A stretch of DNA of 64,000 nucleotides from Octopus sinensis (Eukaryota): the NCBI RefSeq assembly GCF_006345805.1, contig NC_043001.1:43710001-43774000 (forward strand). Reading direction: 5' to 3'. Below, piece after piece: positions 1-14,192 of the stretch. Position 1 is the stretch's first letter. Every line of letters begins with the position of its first letter. Under the pieces are notes generated by a model that saw only the letters and a list, made by a program, of their open reading frames with translations, had not been told where the DNA came from and did not search any database. The translations under genes and the position numbers were made by a program.

Positions 1-73
1 ACAAGAATTCATTTGTGGGGCATATATTGCCTCCATTCCACCTTTGCAGCTATCACCAGCAATACGACGGTAA
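1..73 (-). CDS. SORL1: SORL1 exon, truncated by the window edge: [24 protein letters not shown]
   Basis: Acceptor TTTGTGTTTTGCCAG at 74-75; resembles human GYRKISGDTCSGG. Confidence 0.92.
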
Positions 74-217
74 CTGGCAAAACACAAATAAAATAGTTAT
101 GCACACATCTTAGTTGATAAGGGAAAGCAAGGGGGAATGAAATAACATAAATGTATTTAGTAGAGTTAGGAGTGAATTTGTAAATAGACATCAATGTATA
201 AGGTGTTTGTGTGTATG

Positions 218-253
<36 letters not shown>

Positions 254-1041
254 TATTGGGAATGGGGATGGCACATACAATCTAATAATTTCTGAGTAAT
301 TAAATACATAAGACCACTGTTTAATCTCAATTTTTCAAAAATAAAACAGATGAGAAAATATTTCCCAGTGGACAGAATGTAAAAAAGCGAAACAAAATGC
401 AGTGATACCTCACAGTACGAGTTTAGTTTGTTCCATGACCAAGCTTGTCTTATGATTTACTCATTTTACAAACCAATTTTCCTCATTGAAATTAATCAAA
501 ATATAATTAAGCGTTTCCAGCCCCACAAAACCACTCAAAAATAATTTTTTATGGGTTTTGAAATAAAAGGTGTAGTTACAAGTGAAATGGCAATTATAAA
601 AAAAGAGAATGCAAAAGAAATATGCAAACTGGTTTTATTAACTGAATTACCTTAAAGATGGGATGATTTGTGTGCTTGTATTGTGGATTCCCACTCGTAC
701 TTCAAGACAAAAATTTGCACAAGTCTTGGCTCGTACAGCAAATTACTTGTACAATGGAGCACTGGTACTGCGAGGTTCTATTGTATATTGTGTATGCTTA
801 AATTTCAATTTAAAAATATAAGTACAAACCCTTTGGTGTAAGAATAGTAGGTTCCAGGATAGCAAGGACTTGGTATTTTATGTATATCAAGGTCTGAATT
901 GGGATCAGTTTCACAGGTCAGGCTGTGTCGAGATCTTAATTTAAAGCCATAATCACTGAAAGTGGAAATAAAAATAACATACATGTAGCATCATCACTAT
1001 CATCACCATATATATATATATATATCATCATCATCATCATC

Positions 1042-1116
<75 letters not shown>

Positions 1117-4100
1117 TATAGATTTAGTTATATGCATGAAAAATGAAGATAGAGAAGAGAGCCAGAGACACACTGACGGGTGGTGGGGCAATGTATGAAT
1201 ATTGAGTGAGACACAAGAACACTTAAAGTGAAAGATATTTTTCCTCTCAAATGTAAGAAAAAAATAATATTTACAGTTGTGTAGTGAACTTATTTTGATT
1301 ACAATCAAAATTTGAGGTTTAAGGTGTACAGTCAACTTAATTGATTCTAGTTTGATATTTTAAATTATTGATGGAAAAGAAAAAGTAATGTCAGGCTCAT
1401 AAAGACAAAACTAAAACACTCTATGACATTCAGTACAGCTCCTACTGTTTCTGCCACCTGAATGATAAAAGAAACAAAGATGTGTGCCAATGGTAGGTTC
1501 ACACTGGAACATTGTAAGTGAGGAAGAATTTATTAAACAAGCAAGTTATTTCCCACTCCACACTTTCTTGTTGCCAGTCTTGAAATGCACAATATAGTAC
1601 ACATGGAATGATACTGTATCCCAAATAAGAAATAATGAAATAAAACAACTAATAATGTAATAGATTTAACAACTCATTTAATACATGCTGCATCTTGTAT
1701 TAAATAAGTTGAATACAAAATGTATTTTTGAATGAAATACTGAATACCAAATTGCATACAAACCATTCAAAATCTTCCCTTGTACAAGTGCAATTCTTTG
1801 TAATTATTGGACGTATGTATTCTTCTCCATTGTAACATTTTGCATGTGGGACACGTTTTTCAATGATATCTTTCCTTCCTAATAGACACCCCCTGATTCC
1901 TTCAGTTTCTTTCAGAGTATCAGACAAAGACCACTGTTTGTAATCTTCCTTGCTGCAAACAGACTCTGAGGATGAAATTAAAAAAGAAATTACAGTTTGA
2001 CTATAAATTACAGATAGCAAAGGGCTGAATTGTTCAAAAACTTTCATACCTATATTAATACATTAATGAGAGAGGCACAGAGAGAGAGGAAGGAGAGAGA
2101 GAGAGATAAAGAGGGTGTGGTGCATACTTGAGCATGTGTAATTGAGCACCTATACATATCTGCAGTTGTGTGTCTTTACATGTGAATATATCTGCATAAG
2201 TATGTATGTTTTCATATATTTTGAAAACATAAAGATAAGAAGACCAGCATGTGCTTTCAGCTTTGAGCTATTTGTGAAAGGAGAATATTGAGAAATTGCA
2301 AGAAAACACCAACAATGTTCAGTAGAGTTATGAGCATAGAAGAGTAATTATGATGTTCAGTTGATTAAATAATCAGATCAAGCATGGGTAAGGGACAATT
2401 ACTAGTTGAGTTAATGGTGGGTTGACAGCTTTTGCAAATAGACTTAAACTACTAGTATTGCAGCCACATTGAGAGGATGGTCAAGGATAGAATGCTTTTT
2501 ATCATCAGTCTGTTTTATAAGAGCTGACGTTGGTCTAAACAGCTATGAACTGATTGAAACAAACAATGGAAACTTTACATGGTTGATTGACCTGCTTGAA
2601 CTAGCAACCAAATCTCCCTGAAATCATAGCCTAGGCAATCTATTCCTCTTGCAAAACTCTACATTAGCCTCCAATGACAGCCCACTTGATGCAGCTGCTG
2701 CATCTACATCCTTAGAGTGCATCACCCCAGTCTCAGTATTAAACACTGCATCTCTCTGGAATTGGTTGCCTTCTCACATTGCTCTTGCGTTCCTCAACCT
2801 CAATGTAATTTCTTGATCTACTGGAAATAGTAGCCAAAACCAACCTCAAATTACATCCTACCATCTTCAAAAAAGACATTATAATTGGCGAGGGGGAAGA
2901 AGATGGTTAATATTGGAATGCCTTCAATCATAAGTCAGCTAAATCAAGGCTGACCTGGAGAACAACATTTAAAATTATACATTGGACATATTAGCTTCTA
3001 TTAAAAACAGCAAGAGATTCATTGTAAACAGAGATTTAAAGTGTAGTTCAATAATAGATACTGATGTATTTTTTTGAAACTGTACTGAAACAGAAATTAA
3101 TAAAGGTGATAAAAAATATACTTACTGAAGATAGAGCTCAGATTGACTTGAACAATTAGCCACTCGTGTTTTTCTGCATATGATCCAAAAATTGAAAACA
3201 CTGTGGTTTTTTCACCTGGTTCAGTCAATAAACCATACACCCAAATCTTTCGGTCAGTAAATTTTAATGATGTCCAGGTTTCACCATTGTTCCAGGAATA
3301 ACTGGTATGTAAAATAAATAAACAAATAAATAATTTCTTTTTTTTTTAAAAGGCCAGCTTCCAACCCAGGTCGAGGCAACAAAGTCCACTCGCCACACAC
3401 CTCGGTCCTGGATATATTCCAGGCCAGTCTCTGCAATCAAGTTGTTAATGTAAGTGTGATGACATTTTCAAATAAATATACAAATAATGTCTAAAATAAA
3501 ACAAATAAAATTAATCATTTTCTAATATAATGATATTTGGTATATTTTTCATTGCTGTTCGTAGGTAAAAAGATGTATGACATTATAGTGTCAAAAGAAG
3601 ATGGTTTTCTCAAAAGTGATTTAAAAAAAAAATCTTTTTCAATATGATTGTAAAAATGAATATCTGTATAAAAATTATTGCATATAATATTCTTGTGTAA
3701 CTTGGACATTTTCAACACAGTGGCAGAAAATACTCTTAGATTAAATAATCTAAAAATGAAAAGGCCTAAATTTTTTATTGGAAGAAAAATTTCTTCCAAA
3801 GAGCATGTTTAAAAGGCCTATAATTTTTAACAAGACAGATATCAGTGAATATCTATAATATCAATTGCTATTTAAACTGAAAAGGAGTGGACAGGGTATA
3901 TTATTAGACCTCAGTGAAGCATATTTTTCCAGGTACTTAGCAGATGTACAATGTTGTGGCTGTGAAAAATTAGCATGTTTAATAAATAATTAAATCACTG
4001 AGGTTATCTATTGAAAGATGCCACTATATGGAGCTAACACACACTAGAATGTGCTTATGGCTGTTTAGGTATCATTTCATAAGAAAGTAAAGGAAAACTG

Positions 4101-7100
4101 CATGCATAAAGTGAAAGCCAAATCTACACATACAATAAAAGGTTATTTATTTATTTTTATTTTAACTAAGAAGATGTCTCTCAATTTCTCTCCTGTCAAC
4201 TTTTCCCTGGAAAAGGACTCTGAACAAAATGTTGGATTTTCCATTCCCCATGGCAAATTCACTGTACTCTCTTTACTGATTTTACTACATAAGTCTTGTG
4301 GCCACAAACCAATACCAACCTCATTGGAGTTTGAGTATAAATTAAGAGGTTACCACACTGTAAGTTTAGGGTTAGAATATAACTTCAGTTAAACAGAATC
4401 TAGCACATACTCACTTATAGGTAATTTATACAGTTAAAGTAAGACAGTATGTACAAATATGTATAAGCTTATGCAACCAAAGAACAAAACGTTGAACATT
4501 GACATGTGAATATTAAAAAGAAACTGTTTACGTACAGTATTGTGTCTGTAAGTGCAGACTGCTTAATGGCCACAATAAGTCCACCATGGTCCCCAAAGAT
4601 GAAATAATGCTTGTCCAGTAAGATCTATAAAGAAAAAAGTACACACATTGCTAAGTGAACATTAAAAACAAAATAAGATATCAGGTCATCTCATAAGTTC
4701 TCTACAAATTTTGAATAAAGAAAACAAGTGATCAAATGTTATATTGAATTGAAATTTAATCATCAATGTACTTTCCCTGATTATCTATGACTTCCTTCCA
4801 TCTATTTTAATCCTATCAATGTAAAACTCTTTTGGTTTCAAAGTGAAGAACTCTGAAATGTCAGTTTTGACCTCCTCCTGACTTGTGAAAGTTATGTCTC
4901 CTAAATGATTCTGTAAACTATGAAACAAATGGTAGTCTGAAGGAACAAGGTTGGGAGAATAAGGTGGATGAGGAATTTTTTTCCCAACCAAGCTCTTTGA
5001 TCTTCTGTGATGTGATCTTTGCAGTGTGGGGTCACGCATTGTCCTGATGAAACATCACTCCTTCACGATTCCCTAAAGTGGGTCTTTTCTTCTTCAAAGC
5101 TTGGTTCAAATGCCCTAATTGCTGACAGTAGACTTGAGCATTGATTGTTGTATTAGGTGGTAATAATTTAAAGTGAATTACTCCTTTGCAATCCCACCAG
5201 ATAGAGAGAAGAACCTTTTCCCATGAAGTTCCCTTCTTGGTTGTGGCTGAACTTTTTCCCTTTTACCAAGCCATTGTTTATGGCATTCAACATTTGATTA
5301 TGTGCCTCAAATACTCTTTGGATACTACTATGTTAGAAAGGGTTTTAATCAAAGAAATTTTAATTCTATTATTCTGTAAAATAATATTTAATTAGTTTAA
5401 ATGTACACAAATGCATAAAAATAATTTTTAATTCTATTAGACATTCTAAAATACTATAAAATTTCATTCAATTTTAAAAAAGGTAAAATCAGACAGAACT
5501 TATGGGATGACCTGATAGTTTGACAAGAACTCATTGCATGTAATTTATTCTAAATTACCTGTTGGTAGTTTATATTTCTTGGCTGGCACAAGTGATTTCA
5601 TTAAAGTGGCTACTTTAAATAATAGCTGTTATTTCCTGAGAACTTTTACTCAGTGTGTAGCAACTTCAGCATTTCATAAATTAACATTACTGTGACAGAG
5701 CAAATGAAACTTTTGAGACCTCATTCAGAGCACCAGCAACAAATTTAGAACCCCAAAATTTGAGCTATTAATTCATAAGCAGGGTTAAATTATTTTTATA
5801 AAATACATGTAACTTCTACAAAACAAGTAAGATGGGGAAGGTTAAAAAAAAATTTCTTCACACATTTTTATTGCTCTCAAAATGTGTGTGTGTATGTGTG
5901 TGCATGCATTTTAGAGCAAGAAAAATAAGATTACTTTCTCACCTCATGCCAAGTAAGGCCAGCATCTACTGACAGGAATACATTTTGGTTATACTGTTTG
6001 ATACGACTACCAACAGTACCAGCAGCAATTATAAGTCCTGGTGCTGATTCTCTTGAGAGGATTGGCTGAGAATGACTATTGGGATAAAGATGTTCAAGTT
6101 CTTGGCTTACATGCAAAGAACAATGAAGCCACTGCAAAATAAAAAAAATGGATGTAATATAAGTTTTGTAATACAAATAAAAATTACGAGGTTTTAGTTG
6201 AGCCATTAAAAAAAGGCCTTAGACAAGTACAATACCTACAGTTTGGTTTTAAATCTCACTATAAAAGTATGATCTAATAATGCAGGGGTCTCCAAAATGG
6301 TCGATATCGACCCCTGGGAGTTGATGGGACTATTCAAGGGGTTGATAAATGCACATCTATTTGATTATTATTTATTTATTTTCTTGTACATGCCTGTGGG
6401 GTCGATGAGAGGTCAAAGATTCCATGAAGGGGTCGATGCTCTAAAAAGTTTGGGGACCCCTGATCTAATGTAAAAACATCTAGTTTGTATACATACATGG
6501 AAAAATAAACAGAATTTCCCATAAAGCTGTTTCAAGACTAACTGTTACTAGTGTCTTTGCTAAATATTTATTTAGCAATTTATACTAATATTAATGCACA
6601 ACATGGTATCTTTTAGAAAATCTGAGTCAGTTATAATGAAGACATAATTATCGCATTTTTTTAAAAGCCTTGCTGTAAAAAGAAATGAGCTAATGTAAAT
6701 AATTTTAGTTTTTTCATATTTAAATAGTTCTACAATAACTTTTTATTCTAGTGGCATTTAGTGACAAAAATATTTACAAAATGTGTATGCTATATATAAC
6801 TTGTAAGTTCTAGGTCACTTGTAGCTTACTGCTATGTAGTTCTGAAAGCTTTATCTGAGATTTTCATGCAGTGTTCTTTGTATAAAAAGGATTGTAACTA
6901 AATACTGCAAGAAGCTTCACCAATTCTGTTATACCACTGCTGTCCTGACATTACTTTCACTATTTAGTGTCAAATTGACTGAGACACATTTTATAAATAT
7001 ATACTTTCTTTAATTAGAGAATTTCCACCCACAAACAAATATTGTGTGGGTTGTATGCTGTTCCTTATACAAGTCATGTTTCCTTGTATTATAGCCACTG

Positions 7101-10100
7101 AAAGTTGTTGATGAAAAAGTAAAGTTTTGTACATGTCTGTCATTTTAATGAGTCATCTGTATAATCATCTAATTCAAAATACCTTCCTTATTCATTATCT
7201 GAGTATCAGTAACATACATAATTTGAGTATCAGTACATACTTGATTAGGTTGCTTTAATTACACTATAACCCTTCCTTTTCATGTTTATTATTTGCTACA
7301 TTATTTCTAAAAGTTTTTAAAACTTTCAAGGTTGATAACTATGACTTGCCCAATAAAAGAAGATACCTTGATCTTAAAATTAAAATAGCAAAAGCAGCTA
7401 TCTCTAGACAACAGCCTAACTATTAGACTATGAGGACATTATTTCTGAATGTTAGTCATGTTTGCTTAACTCTTTTGATATGAGCCTGCCTGAGACCACC
7501 CCTGGCTCTGTAGTACAAATTCAAAAGTTCTGAGTTAAAATTTTCCACTAGAATTTGGTCTTAACTTATGTTCCTAACACTAGCTTAATAATACCAAAAA
7601 AATAAATAAATATCACTGAAGCAAAATAACACCAAATATATAGTGCGTGTGTTTTTATTGGCTAAACTGGCAATATGACCATTCCGAAATATAACAATAT
7701 CTGTTTCAACACACGACTTCACATAAAAAATCTTGCACAACAAATATTTAAACGTAATACCAAAATTGTTTTACTAAATTCTTTGTTATATTTAAAATTA
7801 ATTGAAACAAACACAAAATATCTCAAAAGGAATATGGTAACAAAATGGTTAATTCTGTTGATAACAGCAAAGTTAGAATTATTTACAGAAACCTATGTAA
7901 ATTGTTAAAGCAATTCTGAAAAATGTTTTCAATTGGAAAGAATCATGCAGGATTTTATTTGTAAATAAAAATTACTGAAAGCAATATATAATACCAAACA
8001 GGAAATAATTTTCAGTTTGAGTCTCAATTGTTTTTAAAACAACAAAAACAAACAAGCAATAAGATTTATAATGGTATTTAAAAAGTTTTTTTTTTTCAAG
8101 TAATCTTCAATGTTTTATTTTGGTTTTAAGGGTATTAAATCAGTGAAATCAAACTCCTTGGTAAATGAAACATATAGATGCAATATCCCAGAATAAACTA
8201 GCAGGCAATATTAATTTTAGCCAGGAAAAAATGAAAACAAAAACAAAAGAATTGAACAAAACACATGCAGAATTTTACATACGCAAAATTCTATCTTCAT
8301 GCAGTATGAAGATAGAGCATTCAAAACTAATGTTTTGCAAGTAAGCTATCAACTGAGATTTTAGCAGCAAATTGAAATGTTGACTGGTATAGTTAAGGGG
8401 TTAGATAGAACAACCTTACAAGATTTACAACTGTATCTGAATATATCTATAGAGCACTGAAATAGCTTCATATGCAGGGATGGAAAGTCATGCTGTTGTT
8501 TTTTTTTTATAATCATTGTCATGCAAAGATGATCTAAATGGAAAGAATTACCTTCTTTCTAAACCAGTGAGTGTAAAATGACTACACAAAGAAATGAATA
8601 AAAATAGGTGAAAATAAGTTATGTAGTTTCCTTTTTTTTTTTTTACAACATAATGTTTACTTATAAACAACTCACCTGCAAGTTATTAACCATAATTAAA
8701 GAAGTAATAATGACGGAAGAAATGATAATTGTGGACATGATAATGATAAACCTTAACCATTTTACCTTACTCTAAAGGAGTGAGAAGAGATGTATTTAAT
8801 AACTAAAAAAAAGGGAACTTTTCAACTCTAAGACATGCCCATGGATAGATAAACAATAAGCTTATTAGTTCCACTGAGACAAAACATTATATTAAATCAA
8901 TGATTTCCATTTTAGCTATGCTGCCATTATATTTAAGGCTTCTTCATTTTACAGTTAAATTTTCAGTTGGTACGATTGTTGTTATTTTGTTGTTCAACCC
9001 CAGGTCAATTCTCATTGAACAGACCAAATATCAAAGGTATCCCAGACATGACCACCTCATCATTTTTAGAATTATCAAGAACTACATTATCTAATGAGGC
9101 CTTACTTTGTAAGACAGTAATGTGTGAGTTGATTGGGGGTGGGGTTGCTTCTTCTAACAAGTTTTTCAACCATATTAGAGGCTCTCTATGTATAATCGTC
9201 ATATGTAGTAAATATAACCATTCTACTAGAGACAAAGAGAGTGACACATAGACATTTTTTAATGAAAAATGAAAATATTTAGACAGACAAAAAAACTATT
9301 AAACAAAATTGTAAGAACTAAAGTGGTGGGGGGAAACATCCAAAGTGATTTAAAACAAAAACAAAAAAAGACATTCAAACAAAGATTACAAAACAGCTTC
9401 TTCAATTTTTTTTTTCATTCATTTAAATATCCATTGAAATTTAGAGGGGGGAAATTAACTCTTTTATAACATTACAACAAAAAAACATATGCATGCTTTA
9501 AAAAGACACAATGATTATAACTTCATGGATTTTTATGTGGTTAAGATTCATGATGAAAATTATTAAATAAATGAAGGCTTGTAATAGATAATAACTAGTG
9601 TTTAAAGGAAGATATGGAATTAGAATTAACCTAACTCCTTGACTTTTTTTTATAAATAATTTTTTTGTGTTATTTTATCTTGCTAAAGTATTTCCAAAGT
9701 CAAACATTTTTCAGACCACTTCTATTTACTTCTGTTTATCTCATAAGAGTATGAGATAAACAGATATAAGAGATAAAACTCAGAAGTTCCTTTGAAAGCT
9801 CTTAACAAGGGTAGTTGTTGTTTAGTATTGCTAGATAATTCTTTAGCACTATTATCATTTGATTTCATTAGGAAATCACGTATCTTATCAATTTACACTC
9901 AAGTACAGGGAGTAGCCCCTTCAAATCCCTCTTTGGTGATTCACTTATGTTAAGTGCCTTATAAAATTTTGAGGATACAAGAGATGATGCTATTCTTTTA
10001 TTAAACACTGAATTACTGATGTTAATGCTATCAGACAATATAAGGAACACTTCAAAGATGCATCTACCAACTAATACAAAGAAGACATTCAAAGAAAATC

Positions 10101-13100
10101 TATCTCTTAATAACTGGTAATACATAAATAGAGAATGAAATCATCACCAGCATTATCATCATCATCATCATCAGGTATTTTTTTTTGCAAGAACATTTTA
10201 GGCTCAAAGAGTCTTTATGTGCATTATTTTAGCTATTATTACTAAAACTAAGATAGTTTGGTTAAATTTGGAAATGTTTATATTTTGCTACTGCTCAAAA
10301 ACTGAATCTACAGATATATGTAAATTGTACATAAACCCTCTTGTATTGGCTGCTGTGGAAGATAAGCTCGACTGTAAGTAATGGTGGTATTGCATCTATA
10401 AATATTCAAAGGTATGTGCAAACAAATTCCTTTCTCAGTTTATTTAATTTTTTATTTTGTGTATTTTTATTATTTATTATTCATTCTTTTATATGTTTCA
10501 ATCCTAGAACTGTGGCCATGCTGGAGCACTTTTGCCTCTTGATTTTCTTGGTAGTTAGATTTTGATAATCTAACCTGGTTCAACAATGCAACTTATCCTT
10601 TGGATGCCTTTGGCAGAGTCTATTCTGTCGCAAACAATCAAACCAGGCTTCTGTTCTGAGAATAATTCTATACCTTAATGCAATGTCTCCAGCTGCAATA
10701 TCCTTGCATAATGTCACAATTTATTAAAAGGAAGAAGTTAAAATAACTTTTCTGCAGAGGCCTGGTCCTGTAACTCCTCAAAAGGCCTAGCTATTTGTTG
10801 GTAGGCCCAGTCTTGGTTACAAATTTTCAGCTGGGCTATTTACATAGATTTTTTTAAAAAATCAGTTAACAGAAACAGAAACATATTGGCCATGATTTCT
10901 GATTCCCTTTCTCCCATCACCAGTCTCAAAGGACCTGCAAAGATCATGAACACTGCCCACCCCCCTTTGACTAAGCCACAACAACAAAAAAAAAAGGGTT
11001 TTATAGAAGGATGATAATCTTTTTAATACTAGTTACACAATCATGTGAGCAACATTACATTGATTTTTCTTATTTTTCATGTATGTTATCAGAAGTAAAC
11101 AAGTACTGCATATTGCTAATGATAAAATCTAACTCAGACATGGGTAACATTTCTCAAGAAGCAAGCTGCATGAGACATGGCTCATCATCAGGCAGGCTGC
11201 ACTACTAAAATAAAAATTCAGGGTAATATTTTGTTAGGTAGGCCATTAAAAAAAGTCCCTTGGACTGCTGGTTGGCCATGACTGATCTAACTAATAAACT
11301 TTCAGTCATTAATTAGCTTTATATGTTCTTGTCTGCCTTGTTAAATTCTTCTTAGAAAAGCAATTCTAGTGGGCAAAGAGAGTAAAGAATGTAGTCCACA
11401 CTGAATTACAAGAAACGAATCTCAAACATTATTAATTGCATGACAATGTGATATCTCCTCTAAGTAAAGACATTTTACATTTTACAAGATAAAAAAGGCA
11501 GCTATAAATAACAGACAAGAGCTACCACTGAAAATCGTTCTTCAATTCACATTGATATATTAATAACCATCACCAACAACAGTACTATTCTGTGAGTCTT
11601 TTTCATAGGTTATTGTCATTCTTGGCAACATACTCTCCTCTCAGAAGCCAAATCTGACCAAACATTATTTTCAGTTTTAACAATAAAAATATTGTGGATA
11701 ATTAGCTAAACATTAAAAAATGGAAATTCTTACTTACAACAGAGCAGTTTAAAACTGTTCCATCTCTGGTTTTTTCAGGAGCCAACAGAGGACGCCAAGT
11801 GCCCCCTTTATTAAATGTTATCAAGCTAATTTGGTTATCAACATTAAAGGAGTTGTTCATGAATTGTGAAGCAATATAAACACCACGTACACCTTTCACT
11901 TTGTGAATATCAGCAAATGATTTATCTGCATAAACACTAGAAAATAGAAATGAATAGTTTTAAAAAACGTGCACATATATATACATATACAGGGTACAAT
12001 GGGTAAATTGTCACCTTTTTATATTTTTAATTTTGTGCATGTGCATTCTTTGTTTTTGATTTTGTTGACTACACAGTATGATAGGGTCAGTTGGGAACTG
12101 TCTGTGAGAGAAAAACAGCTCCATGATGCAATTCACTCTGCCAGAAATTTGAAAACAACATGCTGTACTGCTTGGCATTCATGCCAGAAGCTCCAAAACA
12201 AACATTTCAGAATGTTTGGGTGCCAATCAGAGGACAGTGCATGTACTGAGAGTGATAAAAATCAAACATCCAGTCAACATCATGGTGTTTGGAGTGATCA
12301 CTAGTGATGGCGACATTATACCTCCATTCGTCTTCCCATACAGCCTCAGACTCAACACAGAGGTCTACATCAAGTGCCTGGAGGAGGTAGTGTTACTCTA
12401 GGTCAAGAGGGTGGCTGCTGGAAGACACTATGTCTGGCAATGGGACTCTGCACCATGCCACACAAGCAGGAGAACCGAGTCATGGCTGTCAGACAATTTC
12501 TGCAACCACATCACTCCTAACATCTGGTCACCTAACTCCCCAGACTGCAACCCCCTTGATTATTATGTGTGGGGCACAGTTGAGCAAGAGACCAAAAACC
12601 TCTTTGTAACACCAAGATGAACTGAAGACAAGGATTATGGCAGTATTCATCAACTCAAACATAATGATGGCATTACAGGCATGCACTAGTTATTACAGAA
12701 TATATAATCTGGTAAACCAAAGAATCTGTCCTTAGTACTTTTATAGCTGAATTTCATAAGATAACACAGATGATGAAATAAGAAGAGGAAAAGGCAGAAG
12801 AAGAACAGGAAATTACCTTAGCCATGTGTCTTTATTTGGACCTTTAGGCTTGAAGTATATAATTCTTTCAAGGGATAAAGAGAACTTGATCCCGTTGACA
12901 TCAGAAACAAATAGATTGCTCAGATAATTATGATGGTTAACACATACAAAAACTTGGTCTTCAGATGCATCAGCTATGTAGTAGTCCTGAAAAAAAAAAT
13001 GTCAAATTTTTATGTGAATATTTCAGTACATGTATTTCACTGATGCCAATTATAAAAATAAATGAACAGTATTAGTAACATCATTCAAAATACACATAAA

Positions 13101-14160
13101 AAAAAAGAGAAAAAACAAGGAAAACAAATAAGAAAAGCAGAGCTGCCCTGTCTTTTGCTATCTCTCTTACTTCCATTAAATGCTGCAGGGGATGTCTAGT
13201 AAACAAATACTCATACATGCATGCACTCGATTAATTTTATGAAGTATGAAGGAATACCATAAAATAAACATTACCTTTTAACTATAACCTAAAATGTTGA
13301 AAGATTGATGTTTGGTTAAATTTATTTTCTTTCAGTTCATTTCTCTAGAATTCTCTCTAAAGTTGTCTATGAGATAATGAATAAAATAAGTAACATTTAC
13401 CATATTGTTCATTTGAGGCCAGAACTGGGCCAGTTTGAATTCACCACCATTGCGAGAAACCCATAATTGGAGATGAAAAGGATGAGATGATCCAAAATAA
13501 CGCTGAAATTAACAAAGATATAGAAAATTCATGAGTCCAAATCAAACAGCAAATAGTCAATGATTAACATACATAAAACTTTAGAAACTATTACAACTTG
13601 CTAAATGCAACAACTTATATAGTCTTACAATGACTATAAGTAGTAATGAAGAGAGATATTATTGGAAATTAAAATGTAAACCATCTGACTAATTTCAGAT
13701 GCCCTGAATAACATATAAAGACTGAGAATTTATTAGTACTGGTTATCCTCTTCTAAGATATATTCTCTATTCATCAGCATCCCAGGTTTAAAGTCCATCT
13801 TTACCAAACTTTTACAATTCAAGAATCCCATCCCAATAATGAAAAAAAAAAAAAAAATTGAAAGCCAGACATACTCAGATAACAGGTGATCTAGGTATGT
13901 CTGGCTTTCGATTTTTTTATTTTATTATTGGGATGTGGTTCTTAGGGTCTTTATTTGTTTGCCCAATTTCACCTTTGTGTTTAGTGATAACATTTGGTTT
14001 GGTCAGTTTGACTTTTATGTCAGCATGGTGGTACTGTTTACTAGTACCCTTAATTATTAATTGAAATTTTGTACTGTTATAAGCTTTTTATACCTGCTAA
14101 ACCACTATTTAAAACAATAATATCCTCATATATATATGTATGTGTATATATGTGTGTGTG

Positions 14161-14192
<32 letters not shown>

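Noticed and set aside
8269-8316. Two short overlapping hairpins (8 and 11 bp)
   Set aside because: Short and AT-rich, so plausible by chance in 64 kb.
9005-9247. Protein-looking 80-aa ORF
   Set aside because: It lies in a copy of the abundant interspersed repeat, with no splice or homology support.
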